Assembly (NCBI GenBank): GCA_041397845.1
Contig: JAWKVW010000006.1
Span: 6,061 to 70,060 of the forward strand
Source: Hyphomicrobiales bacterium
GTDB lineage: Bacteria; Pseudomonadota; Alphaproteobacteria; Rhizobiales; JAKPQE01
Length of the DNA stretch: 64,000 bases
Direction: 5' to 3'
Shown in pieces: positions 36,306 through 44,675 of the stretch. The first letter of the stretch is position 1, and each line of letters opens with the position of its first letter. The position numbers and the translations under genes were made by a program. The notes under the pieces were generated by a model. That model ran no database searches, was not told where the DNA came from, and worked only from the letters and a program-made list of their open reading frames with translations.

Positions 36306-37455
36306 TCATTGTTTCGACAGGTCCGGAATGGCGATCGCCGCGTCGTCGAAGCGACCGGTCCCGGCGTCGCCATGGCAGGCGCCGCAGGCGCCGCGAGCAC
36401 CGACTTTTAAGTCGGCAAATGTTCCGTCGTCGATACCAGCGTGGCGGCGCTTCCAGAACGGCGTCGCGGTGATGCGCAGCGGGTCGGCGGGATCGCGGCG
36501 ACGGAACCAGTTAGCCGCCTTTGTGTCGTATTCGGTGGCGCTGTTGGCGAGCAGATAGGTGGCGAGGCGGTTGACGGTCTCGGGCGGCAGCGTGGCGTCC
36601 TCGCCGAAGTGGCGATCGAGCCCCTTCAGCATCGATTGCCATTCGGCGGCGCCGGCAAGGCTCGGATGGAAGGCGATATGGCAATCGCCGCATTCAGTCC
36701 GATAGACGGGATCGAGCGGCGCCTGCGGCACGCCGCGTCCCGGCAGGCTGGCGAACGCCATGGTGCCGGCGGCACCCACGCCGCCGACAAGCGCGACGAA
36801 GGCGAGCGCCGGGACGGTCCTTGCCGTTGCCGGACGCGGATGATCGGCGGGCACAAGCGCCGGCTTGCGGCCGGTGACCATCGCGCCGGCGAGGTTGATG
36901 CGCTCGGCAAGGCTGGAAAGCACGACGCCGGCAACATGGGCGGCGACGAGACCAAGCAGGGCAAACGCCAGGATTTCGTGCAGCTCGCGGACGACGCTGC
37001 CTGCCGCAAAACTCGTGATGAAGGCCAGCGGCCCGCGCTTCTCGACGCCGCCAAGAGCGATGACGCCGCTCAGGACGAGTGCCGCGAGGACGGCGAGCAG
37101 CGCGAAGACCATCAGCGCGCCGAGGGGATTGTGGCCGCGATAGTGCGGCGCCCGATGGCCGATGTGAGCGCGGAGGTAATCGAGCGTGCGGGCCGGCGCA
37201 TAGAGAAAGGCGCTGAAGCGCGCATGGGACGAGCCGGCGATGCCCCAGGCGAGGCGCAGGACGAGCAGCAGGGCGATCGCGGCACCGGCGACGAGGTGCA
37301 GGTTCAGCCAGTTTTCCGGAAGGAGAAAGCCGGAGACCATCGCCACGGCGACGGTCGCGACGAGGGACCAGTGAAAGAGACGGATCAGCCGATCCCAGAC
37401 GGCGATCGTATCGACCGGCTGAGCCGCTTTCCTGCCGTCCCGTCCAATCGTCATC
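36306..37455 (-). CDS. Cytochrome b561-family membrane protein fused to a C-terminal diheme cytochrome c domain
   Basis: VWDRLIRLFHWSLVATVAVAMVSGFL...LNLHLVAGAAIALLLVLRLAWG...LHEILAFALLGLVAAHVAGVV, then ECGDCHIAFHPSLAG...ACGACHGDAGTG. Start may be nearer 37535. Confidence 0.87.
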
Positions 37456-37825
37456 TTCCCGTCTCCACCATCGCTCGCCGTCCAATCCGGAACCGGACGT
37501 GCCGTGCCGCTTCGGGGCTTTGCGAGGGCAGGCACGGCACGCCACTTCCGGGTGGCGCCACGGACGGGGCGCCGGGTTCGATCGGCCGGTTCCCGGGAGG
37601 GACGGCCGACCCGTCGATGCGCGGCCCCGCGACCGGGGATGCGTCAGCGGTGGCGGGGCCGATCCCGCATCGACACGGACGGTTCTAGCGAAGGGGTCGT
37701 GACGCGCGGCTGTCGGGCGCTGTCAGCGTCCCGTCAGCTTCAGCGGGGGATCGCGATGGCGCGTTGCCGGCGCCCTCTTCCTACTTTAGTTTGCAGTCTC
37801 CCGGCAGGATGGAGCGGCAGGCGGA

Positions 37826-38533
37826 ATGCAGGATTTCGGCGAAGCTGTCGGCCTTGCAGGCCGACTTCTCCTTTCAGGAGACGAAACGCTCGGCGAGATC
37901 GTGTGGCTGTCGCTGAAGATCAACGCCGGCGCGGTGGCGCTCGCCGCCACGATCGGCATGCCGCTCGGGGCGACGCTGGCGGTCGCGCGCTTTCCCGGAC
38001 GACAGGCGATCGTCGTCCTCATCAATTCGCTGATGGGCCTGCCGCCGGTCGTCGTCGGACTGCTCGTCTACCTGATGCTGTCGAATGCCGGGCCGCTCGG
38101 CGTGCTGCAACTGCTGTACACACCGACGGCGATGATCATCGCCCAGACGGTGCTGGTTACGCCGATCATCACGGCGCTGACGCGGCAGGTGATCGAGGAT
38201 CTCGACGCGGAATACCGCGAACAGCTCGATTCCTTTGCCGTCAGCGGCCTTGCCCGGATCGGCACGCTGCTGCTCGACGCGCGCGCCAGTCTCGTCACGG
38301 CCGTGCTTGCCGGCTTCGGCCGCTCCGTTGCCGAGGTCGGCGCCGTCATCATCGTCGGCGGCAACATCAACCACGTCACCCGGGTGATGACGACCGCGAT
38401 CGCGCTCGAGACATCGAAGGGCAATCTGGCGCTGGCGCTGGCGCTCGGCTTCGTGCTGCTGACGCTGGCGATCGCCGTCAACGGCGCGGTCGGCGGATTG
38501 CGGCTTGCCATGGTGCGGGGCGCCCATGCTTGA
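37826..38533 (+). CDS. Tungstate-type ABC transporter permease (TupB-like)
   Basis: LSLKINAGAVALAATIGMPLGATLAVARFPGRQAIVVLINSLMGLPPVVVGLLVYLMLSNAGPLG...SFGRSVAEVGAVIIVGGNI-type signature. Confidence 0.87.
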   Translation: MQDFGEAVGLAGRLLLSGDETLGEIVWLSLKINAGAVALAATIGMPLGATLAVARFPGRQAIVVLINSLMGLPPVVVGLLVYLMLSNAGPLGVLQLLYTPTAMIIAQTVLVTPIITALTRQVIEDLDAEYREQLDSFAVSGLARIGTLLLDARASLVTAVLAGFGRSVAEVGAVIIVGGNINHVTRVMTTAIALETSKGNLALALALGFVLLTLAIAVNGAVGGLRLAMVRGAHA

Positions 38534-39278
38534 GCGGCCGATCATCAGCCAGCCGGCGCGCACCGCCTCGATGCCGCTCGTCGTCGAGGACCTCGTTTTC
38601 GCGACCGGCGGGCGGCGGCTCATCGACGGTATCAGCCTCAGGCTCGAGGCTGGCCGGCGCACCGCGATCATGGGCCCGAACGGAGCCGGCAAGAGCCTGT
38701 TCCTCAGGCTCATTCACGGTCTCATCGCGCCGAGCTCGGGCCGCGTCACCTGGAATGGCCGCCCGCCGGAGCGTGATGTCCGCCTTGCCCAGGCGATGGT
38801 GTTCCAGCGGCCGGTGCTGCTGCGCCGCTCGGTCGCGGCGAATATCGACTATGCCCTCAAGGCCCATGGCGTTGCCCGGCGGGAGCGGACCGCGCGGGCG
38901 GCGGCGGCGCTTGAACAGGCCGGGCTCGGCCATCTTGCCGGCCAGGCGGCGCGCCTGCTTTCCGGCGGCGAGCAGCAGCGCCTCGCGGTGGCGCGGGCCA
39001 TCGCCGTTGCGCCGGACGTGCTGCTGCTCGACGAGCCGACCTCGAGCCTTGATCCGCATTCGACCCTCAAGGTGGAAATGCTGATCGCGCGGGCAGCGCA
39101 GGACGGCGCCCGCATCGTTCTCGTCACGCACGACCCCGGGCAGGCGAAACGGTTCGCCGACGAGGTCCTGTTCCTGCATCGCGGCCGGCTTCTGGAACAT
39201 ACCCCGGCCGAGATCTTCTTCGATACGCCGCGCTCGGCGGAAGCCCGGAGCTTCCTTGCCGGCGAACTCGTTCTTTGA
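38526..39278 (+). CDS. ABC transporter ATP-binding protein (TupC-like)
   Basis: AIMGPNGAGKSLFLRLIHGL, LSGGEQQRLAVARAIAVAPDVLLLDEPTSSLDP, VLVTHDPGQAKRFAD. Confidence 0.93.
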   Translation: MLERPIISQPARTASMPLVVEDLVFATGGRRLIDGISLRLEAGRRTAIMGPNGAGKSLFLRLIHGLIAPSSGRVTWNGRPPERDVRLAQAMVFQRPVLLRRSVAANIDYALKAHGVARRERTARAAAALEQAGLGHLAGQAARLLSGGEQQRLAVARAIAVAPDVLLLDEPTSSLDPHSTLKVEMLIARAAQDGARIVLVTHDPGQAKRFADEVLFLHRGRLLEHTPAEIFFDTPRSAEARSFLAGELVL

Positions 39279-39301
39279 CCATCGACCCCACGGGAAAAAC
39301 C

Positions 39302-40126
39302 ATGCGCGTCCTTGCTGCCATTGTTGCTGCCGCCACGCTTCTCATCGCGCAGAGCCTTGCAACGCTCGGCGACGGGAAATTCATCATCGTCCAGTCGACG
39401 ACCTCGACGCAGAATTCCGGCCTGCTCGACTATCTGCTGCCGATCTTCACGGCCAAGACCGGGATCGAGGTCCGGGTGGTGGCGGTCGGCACCGGCCAGG
39501 CGATCAAGAACGCCGCCAATGGCGACGGCGACGTGCTGCTCGTCCATGCCAAGGCGGCGGAGGAGAAGTTCGTTGCCGAGGGCTATGGCGTGAAGCGCTT
39601 CGACCTCATGTACAACGACTTCGTGATCGTCGGCCCGGCCGCCGACCCGGCCGGCATCAACGGCTCGCACGACGTTGTCGCAGCACTGCAGAAGATCGCC
39701 GGGGCGAGTGCGCCGTTCGCCTCGCGCGGCGATGATTCCGGCACGCACAAGGCGGAAATGAAGCTCTGGAAGGCGGCGGGCATCGACCCGACGGCGGCGA
39801 GCGGCGGCTGGTATCGCGAGACCGGCTCGGGGATGGGCCAGACGCTCAACACCGGCGTCGAGATGGGCGCCTATGTGCTGACCGACCGGGCGACCTGGGT
39901 CGCCTTCGGCAACAAGGGCAACTTCACCATCGCCGTCGAGGGCGACGACAAGCTCTTCAACCAGTACGGCGTCATTCTCGTCAACAAGGAGAAGCTTTCG
40001 AACGTCAAGTCCGATCTCGGGCAGGCGTTCGTCGACTGGCTGATCTCCGGCGAAGGCCAGGCGGCGATCGCCGCCTTCCGCGTCGAGGGCCAGCAGCTCT
40101 TCTTCCCGAACGCCAGGAGCGAATAG
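39302..40126 (+). CDS. Tungstate-type ABC transporter substrate-binding protein (TupA-like)
   Basis: FIIVQSTTSTQNSGLLDYLLPIFTAKTGIEVRVVAVGTGQAIKNAANGDGDVLLVHA...DFVIVGPAADPAG...SRGDDSGTHKAEMKLWKAAG. Confidence 0.92.
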   Translation: MRVLAAIVAAATLLIAQSLATLGDGKFIIVQSTTSTQNSGLLDYLLPIFTAKTGIEVRVVAVGTGQAIKNAANGDGDVLLVHAKAAEEKFVAEGYGVKRFDLMYNDFVIVGPAADPAGINGSHDVVAALQKIAGASAPFASRGDDSGTHKAEMKLWKAAGIDPTAASGGWYRETGSGMGQTLNTGVEMGAYVLTDRATWVAFGNKGNFTIAVEGDDKLFNQYGVILVNKEKLSNVKSDLGQAFVDWLISGEGQAAIAAFRVEGQQLFFPNARSE

Positions 40127-40226
40127 CGCCGGCCCTCGGCTGGCAACCACTCTGCTTCGACTTTGACCGGCCGCTGCTCCGCCCGGACCCTGATTGCGGC
40201 TATTCAGCCTGGATCCTGAATTGCGG

Positions 40227-43200
40227 CTATTCAGCCGCGGGACGCTGCACCCGCCATTGCGCCAGCACGGCACGCAATGCTGCCGGCTTCAGCGGCTTGT
40301 TGAGGACGCCGATATTGCGATCGCGGGCGGCGTCGCGAACGCTCGGCGAGCGGTCGGCGGTGATCAGCACCGCCGGCAGGCCGGCGCCGAACCGGCTGCG
40401 CAGGGAGCTCACCGTTTCAAGGCCGGTGCCCTCGTCGAGGTGATAGTCGACAAGCACCACATCGGGCGAGCCGCCGCGATCGCGGAGCTGTTTCAGCGCC
40501 TCGCGGGTCGAGCCGGCCTTCAGCACCGTGCAGCCCCAGCCGGACAGCAGCGCTTCCATGCCGTCGAGGATGCGGGCCTCGTTGTCGATGCAGAGCACGG
40601 TCATGCCGGCCAACTGGGTTGCCGGTGTCGGCATGGCGGTCGGCTCGGTGCGAGCTGAAATCTGGCTTTCGGCGAGCGGTATCTCGACGGAGAATTTCGA
40701 GCCGCGACCGGGCGTCGAGGTCAGCGTCACCGGATGGTCGAGGACGCGGGAGATGCGCTCGACGATGGACAGGCCGAGCCCGAGGCCGCGGGCGGCCCTG
40801 GCGCCGGCCTCGAGGCGCTGGAATTCCTTGAAGATCACCTTCTGCTTGGCGAGCGGAATGCCAAGTCCGGTATCGAAGACGTCGACGCGCACCTTGCCGC
40901 GCCGGCGCCGGCAGCCGACGAGAACACGGCCGGAGGCGGTGTACTTGATGGCGTTCGAGACAAGGTTCTGCAAAAGGCGGCGGAGCAGGCGGCGGTCCGA
41001 GCGGACAGTGAGGCCGGAGGGCACGATCACCAGATCGAGCTTCTTTTCCTTGGCGAGCGGAGCGTATTCGACGGCAAGCTGGTTGAGGATCTCGTCGAGG
41101 CGGAAGGTGCCGATCTCCGGCTTCAGGGCGCCGGCATCGAGGCGCGAGATGTCGAGAACGGCGCCGATGATTTCCTCGACCGCCTCGAGCGAGGCATCGA
41201 CATTCTGGATCAGCCGGCGGTCCTCGTCGCCGGAATGGCGCTCGACAAGGCTCGTCACATAAAGACGGGCGGCGTTCAGCGGCTGGAGAATGTCGTGGCC
41301 GGCGGCGGCAAGGAAGCGCGTCTTGCCGATATTGGCCTCGTCGGCGATCGACTTGGCGCGGGCGAGTTCCTGGTTGAGCCGGGTCAGCTCCTCGGTGCGG
41401 TCGCGGACGCGAACCTCCAGCGTCTCCTTGGCGCGCTCGAGCGCATCGGCGGCGGCAACCCGGTCGGTGATGTCGGTATAGGTGGCGACGATGCCGCCGC
41501 CGGGCATGGCGTTCGGCCGCACTTCGAGAACGACGCCGGTCGAATGCATGCGCTCCTGGAAGGTCTGCATGGAGACGACGAAGCGGTCGATGCGGTCGGC
41601 GACGATGGCGTCGGGATCGCCGGGGCCGAGCTCGCCGCGCTCGGCGTTGAACCGCAGGATCGTGTGCAGGGAAATTCCGACCTGGCCGAACTCGGTCGGC
41701 AGGCCGAGCATGTCGCGGAAATGGCGGTTCCAGCAGATGAGGCGCAGGTCACGATCGAAGACGCAGATGCCCTGGCGCACCTGATCGAGCGCGGTCTGCA
41801 GGAGGTCGCGGTTGTACTGGATGGCGGCGGAGGCGTCGTCGAGGAGTTTCAGCGCGCCCTTGGTCGAGGCATCGGAGCGCTTGAGGAGCAGCGACAGGAC
41901 GAGGCGGGACGAGGCCGCGCCGATGGCGCTTGCCAGCAATTGCTCGGAATAGCGCAGCAGGTGGGCGTCGACCTCGCGATGGGGCTCGAGCGACAGGCTG
42001 CGGGCCTCGGCAAAGCTGTTGAACGAGCGCTCGGTCCGCTCCTCGCCGAGATAGCGCGCGACCGTCGAGCGCAGGTCGCCGACGGTGGTCGTGGTGCGGA
42101 AGAGGCGCAGGGCCGGCGCCTGGGTGAACTCGGCCGGCACGAACAGGTTGGCCTGCAGCCGCTCGATCGGCTCCGGCATGCGGGCGAGCGAAACGACAAC
42201 GAAGGCAAGGACGTTGAAGGTGAGGCTCCAGAAGACGCCGTGAGTCAGCGGATCGAAGGCGAAGGAGAGGAGCGCCTGCGGCTTCAGGAGGCCGATGCCG
42301 AAGGGGCCGTCGTGGATGATCGATTCGGGCACGATGCCCGAGGCGGCGAAGTTCGGCAGCAGCAGCGTATAGGCCCAGACGGCGAAGCCGACGCTCATGC
42401 CGGCGATGGCACCGCGGGCGGTGGCGCGCCGCCAGATCAGGCCGCCGACGAAAGCCGGCGCGAACTGGGCGATCGCAGCAAAGGACAGAAGGCCGATCGA
42501 GGCGAGCGCGGCGGTGTTGCCGGCCAGCCGGTAATAGGCATAGGCGAGCAGCAGGATGACGAAGATCGACAGGCGGCGGATGTTGAGCAGCAACGTGCCC
42601 ATGTCGCTCGCATCGTCGCGCTCGCGCGTGCCGCGGCGCAGGACCAGCGGCATGACGAGATCGTTCGAGATCATGATGGCAAGGGCGACCGTCGCAACGA
42701 TGACCATGGCGGTCGCCGCCGAGAGCCCGCCGATGAAGGCGGCGAGAGAGACGAGGCCGTTGCCCGCCGCCATCGGCAGGCGCAAGACGAAGGTATCGGC
42801 GTCGACCGCGCCGCCGAAATGGACGAGACCGGCGACCGAGACCGGAATGACGAAGAGATTGATGGCGACGAGATAGACCGGGAAGAGCCAGGCGGCGCGG
42901 CGCAGCTCGTTCGGCGCGTTGTTCTCGACCACCGTCACATGAAACTGGCGCGGCAGCAGGAGGCCGGCAAAGAGCGACAGCAGCGTCATGGTGATCCAGG
43001 TGCCGCCGCTGAGGTCGCGGCCAAGAAGGTCGGCGGTGATCCCGGCTTCGTCGGCGATCGCGAAGAGCTGCTGCGGCCCGTCGAAAATGCCGTAGACGAC
43101 GTAAAAGCCGACGGCGAGGAAGGCAACGAGCTTGACCACCGACTCGGCGGCGATCGCCAGCATCAGGCCTTCCTGGTGTTCGGTAGCGTCGATGTGGCGG

Positions 43201-43736
43201 GTGCCGAAGAGAACGGCGAAGGCGGCCATCGACAGGGCGACGACGAGGGCGATATCGCCGATCGGCGAGGAACCGGCCGCCGGGGTCTGGCCGAGGCTCG
43301 TTGCCAGCGACGAGGACACCGCCTTCAATTGCAGGGCGATGTAGGGAACGGTACCAACCACCGCGATGATCGTCGCGACGGCGGCGACCCATTCGTTCTT
43401 GCCGTAGCGCGAGCCGAGAAAGTCGGCGATCGAGGTGATCTTCTCGGCCTTGGCGAGGCGCACGATGCGGCGCAGGATCGGATAGCCGAGGCCGAACAGG
43501 ATCAGCGGACCGACATAGATGGTGAGGAAATCGAGGCCGCTCTTGGCGGCAAAGCCGACCGAGCCGAAGAAGGTCCAGGAGGTGCAATAGACGCCGAGCG
43601 AAAGGGCGTAGATCAGCGGCCGGCCGCGGCCGATCTTGCGGCGGCGCGCGGCAAGACGATCGCCGAAGCTGGCGACCGCGAACAGAAAGCCGATATAGGC
43701 AAGGGCGGAGGCAATGATGACCCAGCCTGGCAGCAT
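40227..43736 (-). CDS. SLC5/sodium-solute-symporter-like hybrid sensor histidine kinase with PAS and C-terminal receiver
   Basis: YALSLGVYCTSWTFFGSVGFAAKSGLDFLTIYVGPLILF...QGICVFDRDLRLICWNRHFRDMLGLP...RFLAAAGHDILQPLNAARLYVTSL...CIDNEARILDGMEALLSGWG...VLVDYHLDEGTG. 1169 aa from ATG at 43736. Confidence 0.92.
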   Translation of the reverse strand: MLPGWVIIASALAYIGFLFAVASFGDRLAARRRKIGRGRPLIYALSLGVYCTSWTFFGSVGFAAKSGLDFLTIYVGPLILFGLGYPILRRIVRLAKAEKITSIADFLGSRYGKNEWVAAVATIIAVVGTVPYIALQLKAVSSSLATSLGQTPAAGSSPIGDIALVVALSMAAFAVLFGTRHIDATEHQEGLMLAIAAESVVKLVAFLAVGFYVVYGIFDGPQQLFAIADEAGITADLLGRDLSGGTWITMTLLSLFAGLLLPRQFHVTVVENNAPNELRRAAWLFPVYLVAINLFVIPVSVAGLVHFGGAVDADTFVLRLPMAAGNGLVSLAAFIGGLSAATAMVIVATVALAIMISNDLVMPLVLRRGTRERDDASDMGTLLLNIRRLSIFVILLLAYAYYRLAGNTAALASIGLLSFAAIAQFAPAFVGGLIWRRATARGAIAGMSVGFAVWAYTLLLPNFAASGIVPESIIHDGPFGIGLLKPQALLSFAFDPLTHGVFWSLTFNVLAFVVVSLARMPEPIERLQANLFVPAEFTQAPALRLFRTTTTVGDLRSTVARYLGEERTERSFNSFAEARSLSLEPHREVDAHLLRYSEQLLASAIGAASSRLVLSLLLKRSDASTKGALKLLDDASAAIQYNRDLLQTALDQVRQGICVFDRDLRLICWNRHFRDMLGLPTEFGQVGISLHTILRFNAERGELGPGDPDAIVADRIDRFVVSMQTFQERMHSTGVVLEVRPNAMPGGGIVATYTDITDRVAAADALERAKETLEVRVRDRTEELTRLNQELARAKSIADEANIGKTRFLAAAGHDILQPLNAARLYVTSLVERHSGDEDRRLIQNVDASLEAVEEIIGAVLDISRLDAGALKPEIGTFRLDEILNQLAVEYAPLAKEKKLDLVIVPSGLTVRSDRRLLRRLLQNLVSNAIKYTASGRVLVGCRRRRGKVRVDVFDTGLGIPLAKQKVIFKEFQRLEAGARAARGLGLGLSIVERISRVLDHPVTLTSTPGRGSKFSVEIPLAESQISARTEPTAMPTPATQLAGMTVLCIDNEARILDGMEALLSGWGCTVLKAGSTREALKQLRDRGGSPDVVLVDYHLDEGTGLETVSSLRSRFGAGLPAVLITADRSPSVRDAARDRNIGVLNKPLKPAALRAVLAQWRVQRPAAE

Positions 43737-43913
43737 CCGCTTTCGCCCTTTCCCGACGCTTGCGGCCGGCGCCGTCTCCTCTCGAAGCGGGCGCCATGCA
43801 GGTGACAATGGTCGGAAATCCGAGCATATAAGCGCCGCAAAGTCCACCTGAAGGACATGGGCAGGGATCGGGCAAGGGGCGATGCGAGGCGCCCGGACGA
43901 GGCGGAGCGCAAG

Positions 43914-44546
43914 ATGGGCCTTTTCGACCGCTTCCGGCGCCGCTCGCGGATCGCGGACATCGCGGCGCTTGGCGATTTTCTCGACAGCCGCGCGGCGTTT
44001 CTCGTGCAGAAATGCGTTTTCGAATATTCCCGCGCCCGGGCCGGCATCCTCTGGCAGAAACTCTTCAAGGAAGAGGCGTTCGTTGCCGCGGTCGATGCGG
44101 CGCGCTGGCGCAACTATCCGCTCGGCGTCGCCCATGTCGGCCGGATGGTCGAGGCAAGCCTTCGCCCGCCGGACGAGGCCGAGGCGGGCCGCGTTGCCGC
44201 CGCCATCGCCATTGTCGCCCGGTCGGTCATCGATCGGCATGGTGTGCCGGCAGCGCTGGCCGAGGCCGAATGGCTCGGTGCCAGGGAAGACGCAGTCGGG
44301 CGAATTGCGGCGGCAGCGCTCGCGGCAAGGCCGGCCGTCAAGGACATCCCGCTCGATACGGCGCAGCGGTTCTTCGACCAGTTGCCGATCCATCCAAGCC
44401 TGCGTGGCGAGGACTTCGAACTCGTCAGCAACAACCTGCGGTCCAATCTCTGCCAGATCCACGAGGATTTCTCGGCGAGAGCGGACGGGCGGGCGCTTCT
44501 TGCCGCCCTCCTTGCCGGGAGCGGCGGCCCGGCGGACAGGCCCTGA
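43914..44546 (+). CDS. Conserved-looking hypothetical cytoplasmic protein
   Basis: 210-aa ORF MGLFDRFRRRSRIADIAALGDFLDSRAAFLVQKCVFEYSRARAGILWQKLFKEEAF; coding-like frame; no domain recognised. Confidence 0.75.
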   Translation: MGLFDRFRRRSRIADIAALGDFLDSRAAFLVQKCVFEYSRARAGILWQKLFKEEAFVAAVDAARWRNYPLGVAHVGRMVEASLRPPDEAEAGRVAAAIAIVARSVIDRHGVPAALAEAEWLGAREDAVGRIAAAALAARPAVKDIPLDTAQRFFDQLPIHPSLRGEDFELVSNNLRSNLCQIHEDFSARADGRALLAALLAGSGGPADRP

Positions 44547-44675
44547 GCGAGGCGGGACGCACGGCAGGGCTTGATTTGGCGGGCGCGATGCAGTTCCAAT
44601 CGCAATAACAAAAATGGCGGGGGATCGCCCGAAACGGGCGGCGGGCGGCCTCGTCAATCCCGGGGGGAGGGACAC

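Noticed and set aside
37504-39084. 526-aa plus-strand ORF and its antisense companions
   Set aside because: Overlaps Tup-type permease and ATPase genes in another frame; composition is Arg/Ser/Pro-rich with no domain.
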